A DNA stretch of 64,000 nucleotides from Felis catus (GCF_018350175.1 NC_058368.1:216940001-217004000); one strand, 5' to 3'; shown: positions 23,735 through 38,014, counted from the stretch's first letter. Notes: generated by a model not told the origin, from the letters alone. A program made the numbers and translations.

Positions 23735-25790
23735 GACATTAAAGGGATAATAAAGACCTGTAATGAACCATTTTAATGCAATACTGACCAGAGAAATAGG
23801 AAAACTGAATACCCTCTAAACATTTTGAAAAATGAATTAATAATCAGAAACCTTCACATAAAGGTGAAGGTCCAGATGGCCACAGTGGTGAATTCTATAA
23901 AACATCTAACAAAGAAATGTTACAAATCCTTCACAATAAAGATTTTTAGAAAACAGAGGGGCACCTGGATGGCTCAGTCGGCTCTTGTCATGATCTCATG
24001 GTGTGTGAGTTTGAGCCTCGCATTGGTCTCCGCGCTGGCAGTGAGGAGCCTGCTTGGGATTCTCTCTCTCCCTCTCTCTCTGCCCTCCCTCCCTCACTCT
24101 GTCTCTCAAAATAAATACATAAACTTTAAAAAAATTTAAAAAAAAAGAAAACAGAGAAGGAGGCATGTAAATGACTTCTCTTATGAAAGCTGATGATAAA
24201 TTTTCCACCACTATCAGTGACTATCCTTTTAAACCCTTCCAGACAAATAAAATGGAAGATCATTTCACAAAAGCTGTCTGTGCCCAGGAAACACCAACCA
24301 CTATTAAAACTATTAGGATTCTATGCAAGATGGAGAAAAGAGGCTAATACATTTTCAGCGGAGATCTGGGTGCTATCAATAGGAAGGCTGAATAAAACAG
24401 ACAGTGGAACATAAGTGCAAAAGGAGAGCCCAAGAGCAGAGAGGGAAGCGTGTGGGCGTTCCCCTGCTCTCTGCACCAGATCTCTACACACACTCCTCAT
24501 CCGACCTCTATGGAAAACTGGCAGTTTCTTATGAACTTAAAGATACACTTACCATGCAGCTGAGAAATTTCACTCCAAGGTACTTATTTACCCACAAGAG
24601 ACGAACACCTATGTACATTTCACGGGTTCAAAGCTTCATAGAAACTTTATTCGCAATAACCAAAAACCTAAAAACACCTTAAATCCGTCAGCGTGTAAAT
24701 GGATAAACGGTGGTGATCTATTCGCACAACAGAATCCTAGTCAGCAATAAAATCTGATCACTACTGACACAGGTGATGACATGGATGAATCTTTCAACCA
24801 TAACATTGAGCAACAGAATCAGGTACAAAGACATTCTCCGTGACTTTTAGAAAAGGTTTATTAAATCCAGGGAAATAGAAAGCAGATGATGCTTGCACGA
24901 GACACATGGTGTTATATACAATGATTGCGAAGGGGAACAAAATAACTCTTAGTGACAAGAAATAGCTCTACCTCTTGGTTTTGAGTGGTTACGTGGATTT
25001 ATATATTTATGAAAATCCATAAAACTATACACTGAATATTAGTTTGTTTTATAGTAGGTCATGAGAACTGATGACCACTGATGTTTAAAAATAAGTGAAT
25101 CTTGACCCTTTGAAAACAAAACCAAAAAATACACAAAAAAATATTCTAGCAGAAATCCAAGGAAGCAAATTCATGCCAGTATGGATGACCAATAAGACAA
25201 ATAAAATACATAAGGAAAAATGCAAATTAAAAAAATGGTAAAAAGGTAAAGTGTTTTCAGATTGTGCCATTAAATTTATCTCTGAATGTATTTATGCCAT
25301 TAAAAATCTAAAACCACAAACCACTCTTTGGCAGAAAACATATGCCATACCTATTTCCCACATATGACTTGATTCAGAGTATTTGAATGACACAGTTAAT
25401 CAAAAGAAGGTAGCCCAAAACAATGGTTTGAGCAAGTATTTGAAAATATGGCCAATATGGGTAGAAAAAGCAGCTCGCTATCATTATTCATCAAGGAAAC
25501 GAAATGTAGAAGCACAATGAACTACCAATAAACATCTGCTAGAATGGCTAAATTAAAAGGAATAACAACTCCAAAGGTCAGGAGTAGCAATCAGTTTGAA
25601 CTCCCATTTTGCTGTTGGGAGCATGAATGCTACAACCACTTTATAGAACTCTGGAATTTTCTCATACCGCTAAACACACACCTCACATTACCAACTATTC
25701 CGCTTGTACTTATTATTCAAAGATAAATTAAAGCATATAGTCCAATAAATACTTGTACAAGATATTCATAGCAGTGTTGGTGTGGTCGTT
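23735..25790 (+). mobile_element. Patchwork of old sense L1 fragments
   Basis: ggtccagatggccacagtggtgaattcta (ORF2); tggaaaactggcagtttctta..catggatgaatct (3' end); ctgctagaatggctaaatt. Confidence 0.65.
23957..24145 (+). mobile_element. CanSINE
   Basis: Sense copy with small deletion; TSD-like aaaacagag. Confidence 0.92.
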
Positions 25791-26821
25791 ACACACATAC
25801 AGTGTCCGAGCCAATCTCATGGTATGGTTACAATGTGTTCCATTTCCTGCAAAATTGCCTTAATCACATTTAAAAAAATTAAAAGAAATAATGACTTTAA
25901 AAATAGAGAAAAGCAGTGTGTGCTTTCAAGGAAAAGGATGTGATTAAATATGTGTAAAATAATTGAAAGTAAAAAAAAATAGATCATTTAAGAGAATGTA
26001 TGTGGGGAACAAGAAACATGATTTATTTTTTGTTTATTGCTTTCTATACCTGAAATGATGATAAAATATGGAAATGTTTCCTGGAAAATAATTAGGGGTA
26101 TATATTTTTCTTCTGTTTACTGTGGAGATATGCTGAGACCCTGGATTAATTCACTCAGAAACAGGTACCAGCTATTGAAAATGTATTTTTAAACAAATTC
26201 TCTTCGGTGAATAGCCCCAAAGGATCTTGTCTGAATCTCTATACAGAATCCCCTGGAAAACATAGCAGTTAGCCTGGGGCTATTATAAAATGTACATAAA
26301 TAAAAAGATGATTATCAAACAAATGAGTAAAGCTTCCGTGATAATCTCCTCCAGGCCCATCAAAATAACAGCCACCTTAAATAGCATGTAGACACAAAAT
26401 CCCCTTATATGTCTAAACAATTAGCTGTAATCTAGTGTAACAATTTTGTAATTATTTTGAGGTTAGTAAAATTTCAAAATAAATACTTTAAAAAAGTTGG
26501 ATATTTTGTCTTTAGTAAAATAATCTGTGAGACATTTTCCCTTCAAAACAACTTGCACTCGATGTTGATCAGAACTCAGAAACTCAATTTTTATCATGTA
26601 AGTGGTGGGTGTAGAATCCATTTAAAACTAATATTTCTGACTCAAATAAATTGGTCATATAGTGTTATGAAATTGGTGTGAGACAAATTAGAGTTTTCAT
26701 ACTGGTTATAAATATTCTGAATATTTAAGTCCTTATTTCTCACTGATGGGTTTATTCAGATGCCTAGTGAATAAACTAGGATGCCTCCACCAAAATGAGT
26801 TATTCACTGAAAGTACAACCC

Positions 26822-27032
26822 GGGGTGCCTGGGTAGGTCAGTCTGTTGAGCAGCTGACTTCGGCTCAGGTCATGATCTCACGGTTTGCGAGTTCAAGCCT
26901 GGCGTGGGGCTCTGTGCTGACAGCTCAGAGCCTGGAGCCTGTTCAGATTCTAAATTTCCTCTCTCTTCCTGCCCCTCCCCCGCTCACTCTCTCTGTTTCT
27001 CAAAACTGAATAAACGTTAAAATTTTTTTTAA
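26822..27032 (+). mobile_element. CanSINE
   Basis: Full-length; TSD aaagtacaac. Confidence 0.95.
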
Positions 27033-27169
27033 AAAAGTACAACTTAATGCATGGTGTATACCACTATGAAATTTTTAAAATGTATGCTACCTAATAAGTA
27101 TGAATATGAATTAGTACTTTTATAATATTTCTTTTTAAATATATAACATAGAGTATATCTATTTTAACA

Positions 27170-27370
27170 TTAATTAACATTTATTTAGTGCTTTTTCTAC
27201 ACCAGGCATTGCACACCAGTTTTCCCATTTGATGTTTACGATAACCCTTGGGATAATTATAATGATATTCCACATTCTCCAAGTGAGACAAGTGAGGCTT
27301 AGAGTGAAGCAACTCACCCAAGTTCAGCTAAGTTGGCTCTTGGCTTTCAAGCCTTTGCAATGATGCTCCC
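27170..27370 (-). mobile_element. MIR relic
   Basis: aacatttatttagtgct..ccaggcattg..aagtgaggcttagagtgaagcaactcacccaag. Confidence 0.7.
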
Positions 27371-27739
27371 CAGTTCACTCTGCCTTTATCTTCTTTGTCT
27401 TTCGTAGCTACTTATCAAGTTTCTCTGTCTGTTTCCAAATCAGAATTTATAAAGTGACTCACTGTGAATAAAAACCAAGGGTATCCCTAGGTAAAGAGCA
27501 CACTGATATGGAGAACAACTTAGGTAATAATTCTACCTTTAATTTTGAACAAAAATTAATGAGCAATTGGTCCAAAATGTTTGGGAAATTTTTATAGATC
27601 CTTGGTGCTGATCAGCCTTTTCAGAACAGAGGAGAACAATCATAATACACAGGACCCCCTCTGAAGTGTATCACCAATTGCAGAGAACAGGCTCAAATCT
27701 ACAGGGATTTATGAAGCTGATGGCAGATTGTGCTTTTTT

Positions 27740-28400
27740 TATATTTTTTGTTGTTAGTGTATAACACCTCACCTAAATTCCGTATGTTGATTTTGTGGCC
27801 TCCAAGCCTATGGAATCCGTTCATTAATCCCAACATTTTCTTGGTTGAGTCTTTATGATTTTCTATATATAAGGCAAGAGGACATTGGGTGGATGATGAG
27901 GAAAAAAAATTAATAGGAATTAAGAGGTACAAAGTTCCAGTTAAAAAATAATTTCAAGCACACGAAAAGTACATCATTGGGAATAGAGTCAATAAGATTG
28001 GGCTAACAAGGCATGCTGACATGTAATGACTACAGTTATGGTGTGAGTACTAGGTAATTTTAGAATTGGTGAATCAATGTGTTGTATACCTGAAACCAAT
28101 ATAACATTGTATATTAACCATAATTCAATTAAAAAAAGAGATTATGTAATCTGCAAACAGCAAGAATTTTACTTTCTCCTTTCTGATTTGATGTGTGTTT
28201 TTTTCTTACTTGATTGTTCTGATTAGGACTTCCTATACTATGTTAATGAGTGGTGATTGTAGACACCTTTGTCTTGTTCATGATCTTAAAGGAAAATGTT
28301 TCAGTCTTTCACCATTGAGTATGATATTCGCTATAGTTTAATCATATATGGCCTTGTTATAGTGAGGCATGTTTGTCCCATATAAAATTTGTTGAAGATC
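27740..28400 (-). mobile_element. L1 ORF2 (RT region) fragment interrupted by another L1 3' end
   Basis: ORF 27699-27932 contains LYIENHKDSTKKMLGLMN..GHKIN, matching L1 ORF2p; the antisense sequence resumes at 28140. Confidence 0.8.
27874..28138 (+). mobile_element. Nested L1 3' UTR fragment
   Basis: ttaagaggtacaaagttccagtta..gttgtatacctgaaaccaatataacattgtat, A-tail. Confidence 0.8.
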
Positions 28401-28404
28401 ATTT

Positions 28405-28646
28405 TCACAAAAAGATACTGGCAAAACAAATTCAACCGCATATTAAAAGGATCAGATACCATAATCAAATGGGATTTATCCCTGGGATGCAAGGATGTTT
28501 CAACACACACAAACTAATAAATGTGATGTGCCACATTAATAGAATAAAAGATAAAAACCATATGATCATCTCAATTAATGCATAAAAAGTGATCAGACAA
28601 AATGCAATATCCTTTTATAATAAAATACCTAACAAACTGAGTATAG
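28405..28646 (+). mobile_element. L1 ORF2 RT fragment, sense (probably an inverted segment)
   Basis: [41 protein letters not shown] matches the L1 RT motif [19 protein letters not shown]. Confidence 0.9.
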
Positions 28647-28649
28647 TGC

Positions 28650-30240
28650 ATCTTGTAATAACGATACTGTAAGTCTTCCAACTTCGCTCTTTGAAAAGTT
28701 CAAGATCCTTTTCATTTCCATATGAGTTTTGAAGTGAGTTTGTCAATTTCTCCAAAAAAGAATAATTGGATTTTGATTGAGATTGTTTTGAATTTATAGA
28801 TTAGTTTAGGAAGAATTGATATATTAGTGATATGGAGCTTCTGACCTATAGGCCTGGTATAGGTTTATTTTTGAAGTCTTCAGTTTTTATCAGAAGTATT
28901 TTGTTATTTTCAGGGTACAGACCTTTCACAAACTTTGTTTGATTTATCTTAAATTATTTCATGTTTTTAAAATGCTGTTTAAATTAATATTATTTTAAAA
29001 TTTTCAGTTTCTGATTATTAATTTTGATTAAATAATAATAAACTTTATTTTTGTATTAATTTTGTATCCCACAATACTTTGCTAAACTCACTTATTAGCC
29101 CTGCTAGTTCCTTAATCCCATCACATTTTTGTACAGACAAATGGGTCTTCTACAAATAAAAATATTTTTACTTCTTAGTTCCTGTCTAGATGCCTTTTAC
29201 GTCTTTCCTTGCCTGATTACCATGGTTAAAACCTGCAACTTTGTATTGAATAGAAGAGACATTTTTATCCTGTTCCAGTTCCTAGGGAGAAACATTCAGT
29301 CTTTTACCAAATTGTCTGGAAGTCAGTTGTGGATTTTTCATATATGTAACTTAGCAGGTAAAAAAAAAAAAAAATCCCTTCCATTGCTGTTTTGCTAAAC
29401 ATTTTAATCAGGAAGGGATGTTGGAGTTTGTCAGGTCTTTTTCTGTATTTATTGAGATGATCACATGGTTTTCCTTCTTTAATGTGCTAATGTGGTGAAT
29501 TGCCTTGATTGATTTTATATTCACAGGATAATACCCACTTGACCATGATGTACTATCCTTTATGTACCGTATTATTTTTAAAAAATATATGTATATTTTA
29601 AATATTACATAATTACCAAAGTATTTATTATGTTCTTTGCTAATGATGAATTATGACTTGTTTAGTTTGTCAAAAAAAGGTCTTCAGTTTCACTGGTATA
29701 GAATTCTTGGTGATTATTTTCTTGTTTCAGCATTTTTAAAAATGTTCTGACGTCTTCTTGAGTTATTTCTGAGGAGAAATCTGCTAATTATTATCTTTTT
29801 TTTTCTTTCAGACTGCATTTAAGAATGTTTTATGACTGGTATTAAGCAATCTATTATGTGACTTAGAGTAATTTTCACGTTGCTTTCGTGTAGATTTCAT
29901 CAAGTTGTTTTTATCTGTCAGTTTATAGTTTTCATTTTGGATACATTTTGGGCATTGTTCTCTCTTTGCTGTTCCTGGACTTTCAGCTCAGTTCTTGACT
30001 CTGTGAGTTCCCCAAAACTGTCTGCATTTCCCCTTCCTGCTCAGGGCTTGGAAATTCTCTCAAGGCATAAGCTTGGGCAAATGTAAGGCTCACTCTATTT
30101 GCTTTGTCTCTAAATGCTCATTGTGCTTAGTTGCCTAATGTTCAAGGTCTTGAAAAGCATGGTCTTAGATATTTGGCTTATTTAGTAGTTATTTAAGATG
30201 GTAGGGTGACTCTAGTCCTTGTTAGCCATTTTGTCCAGAG
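28650..30240 (-). mobile_element. Old L1 fragments
   Basis: Antisense ORF2 motifs (ttttgattgagattg..aatttatagattagtttagg; tttgctaaactcacttattag). Confidence 0.7.
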
Positions 30241-30490
30241 ATGATACAGTATAATTTAAGAGTGTACTCACCTATACTTCATATTATTTAAATACAGTCA
30301 CATTAAAGCTTATACAAACCCAAACTCTCTGGTCTGTTGATTTAGCAGCAAACAAACAAATATACAAACAAAAACTAAGTTTATTAATTAGGATAATGAG
30401 GTATAACAATAAAACCTCAGTATCTCATTGACTTGAAAGAATGAAGCTTTACTGCTCAATTATTCAAAATAAAATACAAAATGGGGGGAA

Positions 30491-30700
30491 GGGGTGCCTG
30501 GGTGAGTCAGTGCATTAAGCGTCTGCCTCTTGATTTCTGCTCATGTCATGATGTCATGGTTCATAGGTTGGAGCCGCACTTCAGGCTCCACGCTGACAGT
30601 GAGGAGCCTGCTTGGGATTCTCTCTCTCCCCCTCTCTGCCTGCTCTTCCCCCACTTGCTGTCTACCTCTCCTTCAAAATAAACAAATAAATAACAAAAAA
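30491..30700 (+). mobile_element. CanSINE
   Basis: ggggtgcctgggtgagtcag head, gagcctgcttgggattct, tail. Confidence 0.92.
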
Positions 30701-30749
30701 ATACAGTTTGGGTAACCCTCAGTCTATCTTGTGGTTATACAAAATAGAA

Positions 30750-30912
30750 CCTTGCTACTTGAAGTGAATTCTACGAACCAGCAGCAACAGCATCTGAGAG
30801 CTTGTTAGAAATGTACAATCTCACACCACAACACAAATATGTTCTATCAGAATTTGTCTTTTAACCAGAACCCCTGGATGGCTGTATGAACATCCAGTCT
30901 AGAAAGCACTGT
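30750..30912. mobile_element. MER5A-like MITE
   Basis: accagcagcaacagcatctgagagcttgttagaaatg..agaaagcactg. Confidence 0.7.
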
Positions 30913-32205
30913 TTTTTTTTTATTAGAAGCATATGGCTCCCAAAGTTCCTGAGTCAGTGTAAGAAAGAGCCAAAGTACCCCACAAGATGCTTTTAATGAC
31001 CTATTCTAGAAGTGTCTTCCACCATTCCCAGTCATCCAATTGGCCATAACACAATCACAAGACTTCAATGTATATGCAAAGAAGGCTAAGGATTATAACA
31101 GACAAATGGACCTTTGAAGTTTGACTGAAGATATCACATTTATCTACCTACCTGATCCTTTTAATGTGAAAGGAGCCTAATGTTTATGTTGTACTTAAAT
31201 ATGTAGATTTAAAAATACATTGCAATTATTATAGATCAAATGTACACACACAGCGGAATACTTGTCTGGCTCCCCCTTCTATAAAATTGGTCATGCATAG
31301 CTCGATTAAGAGCTTCACTCATCCTCTACAGAAAACAGTTTTCCAATCTTACTAATCATTTTCCAGGCACAGAATAAATTAAAAGGAGCAATTCGGAAAA
31401 ACTGAGCATACAGCTCAACGGGGTAACAATGACGGACGTGACAATTTGCAAATGATAACTAAGAGTGAAAAAGAAAGTTAAAAGGATCAAAAATAATAAA
31501 ACATGGTATCATTTGTATAAGGGCAAAAAAACCACCCCAAACGACTACATATGTGTTTATTTATGACAAAAATATTTGTATGAGGGCAAAAAAGAAAGGA
31601 TTAACACCAACTACTACATATAATCAATTGATCCTACACAAAAGAACTCCATATTCATAAATAAATATTGCAAAATTAAAGAAGTAAAATTCATGCTTAT
31701 TAAGTATGGAATATCCTCTTTTGTATTTGTACACAGTGCTATAAAACACTCAAAGTTCATTTGTATAAATGTTTAATCTAGCTTTGAAAAACACATATTT
31801 TTCTACTAAAGAATATAGTTGAATATATTTAAAAAAATAAATTTGCTCAAATATTCACTTGGAGTGATAAATTTCAAAATAACAAACATTGTGAGTTTAT
31901 TTTTCTACAATAAATTTAAGCAATGACTATTTCATGTCTGTATTTTAATGTAATTCAAGAATACCCTTTTTTTTAGATTGAATATAGTTAAATCACTGAA
32001 TCTAAGCTTAAATCTCATCTAAAAATTATATTGGTGCACAGTATGTATTATTGACTACTCTTTCAATCACTAGACAAAATAATATTAATAATTGGTAAGT
32101 TTATAAAAAACTGTCCTTCAATTTTTGTATAAGAAAAACTTATTAATTGAAAAGGTATGATCTTATAGGACTTTTCATTGGGGATAAATAATTTATTTAC
32201 ATTAC

Positions 32206-32424
32206 TTTAAAAAAAAAATTTTTAATGTTTATTTATTTTTGAGACAGAGAGAGACAGAGCATGAACGGGGGAGGGTGAGAGAGAGGGAGACACAGAATCT
32301 GAAACAGGCTCCAGGCTCTGAGCTGTCAGCACAGAGTTCGACGCGGGGCTCGAACTCACGGACCCCGAGATCATGACCTGAGCCGAAGTCGGCCGCTTAA
32401 CCAACTGAGCCACCCAGGCGCCCC
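32206..32424 (-). mobile_element. CanSINE, young and CpG-rich
   Basis: Full-length; TSD acattacttt. Confidence 0.97.
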
Positions 32425-32629
32425 AACATTACTTTGAAATACATCAGGAAAGACAATGAACTAGGGTGAAGAAAAAGCAGGGAAAGAACATTTATTAGTT
32501 AGTATTCACTTTTACAAATTATTATAAACACTTATACCAGAAATAAACATGTAAATTAAATAATATTGATCAGTTTCTATTGTAAATCATTGACTTTATG
32601 AATTTGTGTTCAGATGCTTGTTTTAAGTA

Positions 32630-32857
32630 TTTTATTTTTATTTTTTAATGTTTATTTTTGAAAGAGAGAAATAGACATAAAGACAGAATCTGAGCAGGGG
32701 AGAGGCAGAGAGAGAGGGGGAGACACAGAATCCGAAGCAGGCTCCAGGCTCTGAGCTATCAGCACAGAGCCAAACACAGGGCTCGAACTCTCGAATGGTG
32801 AGATCATGACCTGATCTGAAGTCGAATGCTTAACTGACTGAGCCACCCAGATGACCC
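32630..32857 (-). mobile_element. CanSINE
   Basis: Full-length; TSD taagtattttta. Confidence 0.95.
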
Positions 32858-35800
32858 TTAAGTATTTTTATATCTGTTGAGTACATAACATTAATGTATA
32901 ATATTCTTTGAAGATAACTATATTCATAATTATCTCGACTTCCTTTTATTTAAAAGTCCCTATTATTTAAGATATAATTATTAATAGATCATTATATAAA
33001 ATTTATTTTAAAGAATAGGGTTAATGACATTTTTTCAGTTATTATATTCATTTATTTGTACAAAAACTTTATTTTACTCAGTTAATTTACCATCAGTTAT
33101 TGAAGTGATATTTTTATTGCTTGCAAGTATTTATAGAGAGTCCTACCAGTGTCATTATTTGCACATGTGGCAAGTAAAAGAATATCTTTATAAAAGAATA
33201 GAGAAAATAACTATAAAACCACTAGTATATAACACTGGAAGTCTGCATGGTAATAAGCCAATTTTTGTGGAAATGAACTCATTAATGCTAAATTTTTGCT
33301 GACTCCCAACTGATCAGAAAACTGCTTTACAAAATTCAAAAGGCATCACATGAATTGTGGAAGAAATAAGAAGAAAGAGAATGAGCCAACCATAACCAAG
33401 CATATTTTACTCATTTGGCTTCCAACAAACTCCCATCTAATCTATAGCTGTGATCTGGGAGGAAAAAAAAGTGAGTAAAATTGATGAGAGTGACAGAGGA
33501 TTCTGGCAGAATGGCACAAAAATCTTCTTATTGAACAGTTTAGATATGGAGTGTGGCTAGGCTTTGATTGTTTATTAGATTTTATTTTGGCTTTCCTTGC
33601 CGTTGCAAGTATTCTACACATTATTTATTAAAATGTCAACTTGTCCTAAGTGAGCTTTAGACAGTGGAAGCAGCAAATTGAGAAACAAAATGGAATGTGA
33701 AATAGATAAATATACAACAGACAGAAGGCTAAGAGGAAAAATAAGTTTCTCATGTTTGATTAGAGTACTTATCCAAAATATCATTTAAAGACACTGGATA
33801 AAATTGCAAGTAGTTTATAAACATCCATAGTTTTAAAAATAGAAAAGACCTTATTTAAATAAAAGTGCTTATCAAAAAGCCCGATATTTATGGCAACAAT
33901 TATTTTTATTTAAATAACCCTGAACCTGTGTGGTTCACTTTAAAGCATGGGGTAAGTCAACACATACTCAGTTTGGAATTCGAATATGAGATTTTCAATA
34001 TCCGAATAAAGCACCCAAAGCTTGATTTTTTCCTTTCAGTTTATCTTTAAAATATGCTAACACATTATTCATCCGCTACAACTCTTCACAATGTATTTAT
34101 GAAAGAAGTGGACACAGACAAACCTGTGTTCCTTTATTGTGTCCAAGGTATGATTTAAAACTGAGAGAAACACATTGCCTTCCAAACTGAAGATATTCCA
34201 ACTTAAGGGGCAAATACAGTTTTTACTCTTTTGTTTACATTCTACACACCTCCAAAATTATATGCTACAGTTAAAAAAATGGCAAAGATAGAAAGCAATC
34301 TTTTAAGCAAAAGTCAATGCAAAATTCAAGTAATAAATTACAGATATGAAAGAACTATTATACTACAGAAGAACCATGAAAATCAAGTTCAGGACTTACA
34401 AGAAGCTATTAAAATTATCAGAGGAAGCAAACATGGACTAGAATGTATCTGAAGATTAAGTTGACTAGCCAAAATTTGTTGCAATGAGTACCATTCTGTT
34501 TTCTACAATACATGGACTAAAAATATAAAATACCTTATCAAACAATATGCGCAAATAGAAGTGGAAACAGAAATGAGAAAAAAATGATTCATGGAAACCT
34601 ACTAAAAATTGAGCTAACCAAAAGAAGGAATTCAATTATTTGTTTTTAGCATCAGTCTATTTGAATGTTAGTTTGTTCCTTGTAGATACATCAGTACATC
34701 AGATATCAGAAAAGAGAAACTAAATTTAACTCAATAAAATGGTTAGAATGTACCTACCATGTATAATTCAATCAGTTAGTCATTTTAGGAAGAAAGAAGT
34801 AAATGAGCAGTTTACTATCTCCTGGTGCTATAGAATAAACATTAGAAGTATTCTATTTTTCATAAAGATATACTGTGTGTTATAGGAGAAATACTACTAA
34901 TAATTAAAATGTAAATTAATATAGGGTCACCAAACACTTGAAAGAACAATTATTTTAGTGGTGGGCACAAGGGAATTTTAATGGAGGAGACTGTATGTCA
35001 ACTGACCAAAAGTGATGATGATAGCAATAATCAAACGGAATGATTTGGAAAAAATATGTAATATATCCAGAAAATGATTCAAATTATGTTTTTAATGGAT
35101 ATGTGTATAATTACATATATGATGTATATCCATACATTATGTATATGAACATATGCACATATATATGTATATATGATTATTGGAAAGAGCGGGATACGAT
35201 TTTGAAGAATTTGTATGTTGCAATAGAGTTTAAATGTTATCCTTTTAGTACCAGGGATTGACATGATCAAATGTGATTTTAGGAGGTTCGTTCCCTCTCC
35301 ATCGTGTCCTCTTAATAAAGACTTGCTGAAACCTACAGTAAAATTTCACCAAAGGTAAACAAATTTGCCACACTTAGCCCCTTGCAGTTGAATAAAATAT
35401 GCTGGAGAGAGGTCAGCAGGGCATGTGATTGAAAAAGTCCCTTCTTTGCCATATTTCTTAATCACCAATCTATCGCACAGTGTTCAGAGTTACTTATAAT
35501 TCCTAAATTTAAAATATATTTTTTGTATTTGTTTAATGACTCCTAAATTGGATCATTCCTACAAAATTATTCTGCCCACTCAAATTCTTATTTTCCACGG
35601 ATCTGCTGATGGGCTTAAGTTGGGTCTTTCAACCCTCTCTTAGAAGAGTCCTTATTCTCCTTCTGAGCCACACATTAATTACAGACTTTAAAAGAAGTAT
35701 TTAGATTCAAAATTCAGATGCCAAAATTTCCTTACCTCTGTGATATGTTAAACTGGCTATAAAAAGTGAAAAACTGTAAAAAAATTAAAACCACAAACAA

Positions 35801-36524
35801 GAGGATAACCAAACCTGACGTTGTCAAGATTTATTCATATTATAACATGTATTTGTACTTCATTTTACAGTTGAAAACTATTTTATTGTAAGGATATGCC
35901 ACTTTTTTTCATCAATGGACATTTTGGATTGTTTACACTTTTTGGCTATAATGAATGAGGCTTCTATGAGAATTCTTGCGTTTTTGTGTTTTTGTGTATT
36001 TGTACATGTGCATGTTTTCAATCTTGAGTGTATAGCTAGGAGGAGTGGAGCAAATGGGTAGCATGGGAACACTACGTGTAACATTATGAAGTATGACAGC
36101 CTATTTTCCAGAATAACTGCACTGGTTTTCATTTCCACCAGTAATAGTTGAGCGTTCTAATTTGTTCATATCTTCTCTGATGCTTACTTTCTATATTTTT
36201 GCTTATGACTACCTGTTAGGTGTGAAGAGATAACTCACTGTGGCTTTGATTTGCATTCCCTTAGTGGCTATGTTGAGCCTTTTTTACATATCTCATTGGA
36301 CTTCCACTGTGCTTATTATCTTCTATGGAAAAATGTCTTTCAAATCCTCTACTCATTTTTTTAAAAATAAGCCATTTATATTTTTTTACCGTTTAGTTGT
36401 AAGAGTTTTAATATATCCTGGATACAAGTTCCTTATCAAATACGTAATTTGCAAGTATTTTCTCTCATAGTATATGTTTTCTTTTACTTTCTTAATGGTA
36501 TACTTTAAAACAGAAGTATTTTCA

Positions 36525-36730
36525 GGGCACCTGGGTGGCTCAATCGGTTGAGTGTCCGACTTCGGCTCAGGTCACCATCTCACGGTTTGTGCCTCAGAGC
36601 CTGGAGCCTGCTTCGAGTTCTGTGTCTCCCTCTCTCTCTGCCCCTCCCCACTCCTGCTCACACTCTGCTTTCTCTCTCTCTCTCTCAAAAATAAATAAAC
36701 TTTAAAAATTTCAAAAAAAATAAAATAAAA
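36525..36730 (+). mobile_element. CanSINE, internally deleted
   Basis: Head, gagcctggagcctgcttc, (CT)n, tail. Confidence 0.93.
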
Positions 36731-37249
36731 CAAATGTTTTCAATTTTGTTGAGTACCTTTACTGAGCCATTTATTGCTTTTGTGTTGGTATCATATCAGA
36801 AGACCATTGCTTAATCCAAGGTCAAGAAAATGTATGCCTCTTTTCTTCCAGGAGTTTTATAGGTTTAAGTCTTACGTTTACGTATTTGATCTACGTTTTG
36901 CTAATTTTTGTAAATGGCATAAGGCATCATTCTAACTTCACTCATCTGTATGTAGGTTTCCACTTGACCAGTATCATTTATTGAAGACTCTTGTTTCCTT
37001 CATTGAATTTTCTTGTTATTGTTATGGAAAATCAACAGACCATAAATGTAAAGTTTATTGCTGGACTCTGAGTTCTATTCCATTAATGTATGTGTCTACC
37101 TTGTGACACTAACACAATGCAATGATTACTGTTGCTTTGTGGAAGTTTTGAAATTGGGAAGTGTGATTCCTCCAACTTTGCTATTTTTCAAGATTTTGGA
37201 GCTGTTCTGTTTCTTTTACATTTTCACAGGCACTTTTGTTTTTGTTTTT

Positions 37250-37306
37250 ATTTTTTAAGATGTTTATTTATTTATTCTGAGAGAGACAGAGAGAGCACAG
37301 GGAGGA

Positions 37307-37360
<54 letters not shown>

Positions 37361-37491
37361 TCCCAAGCAGGCTTAGTGCTGGCAGTGCAGAGCCTGATGC
37401 AGGCTCACCCACCCCCCCCAAACCAGGGGATCATGACCTGAGCCTAAATCAAGAGTCAGATGCTTAACTGACTGAGTCACCCAGGTGTACC
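37250..37491 (-). mobile_element. CanSINE with long (GA)n
   Basis: Antisense body gaatcccaagcaggc..gactgagtcacccagg. Confidence 0.93.
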
Positions 37492-37952
37492 GTCACATGA
37501 ATTTTTAAATCAGCTTGTCAGTTTCTGCAAAAAAAACCCCACAAAAAACAAAAACAGCTGTGATTTTGAAAGGGATTGCCTTGTATCCATACAGATCAAT
37601 TTAAAAATCATCACAATGATCATGAGATGTCTTTCTGTTCATTTAGGTCTTTTTAATTACTTTCAATGATATGCAATTTTCAGTGTACATTTATTTTGAA
37701 AAACATAAATTTTGGTTATTTTATTCTTTTTTATATAAATCAGAATGCTTTCTCAATTTTATTTTCATATTATTCATTGTGGTGTTTAAAAGTAATACTG
37801 ATTTTGTATATAAATCTTGGATCCTATAATTTTGAGGAACTCATTTATTAGTTTTAACACGCTTTTTGTGGATTGCTTATGATTTTCTACATATGAGATC
37901 ATGTCATCTATAAATAGATACAGTTTTATGTCTTTCTTCCCAATCTGAATGC

Positions 37953-37996
<44 letters not shown>

Positions 37997-38014
37997 TTTC
38001 CTTTCTTTCTTTTT
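37953..38014. repeat. (TTTC)n microsatellite inside L1
   Basis: Tandem units seen directly. Confidence 0.9.

Larger units (their letters stand above)
30385..31100 (-). mobile_element. Old MaLR (MLT1-type) LTR with nested SINE and MER5
   Basis: taacaataaaacctcagtatctcattgactt.. and ..tagaagtg..attggcca..tgcaaagaaggcta. Confidence 0.5.
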
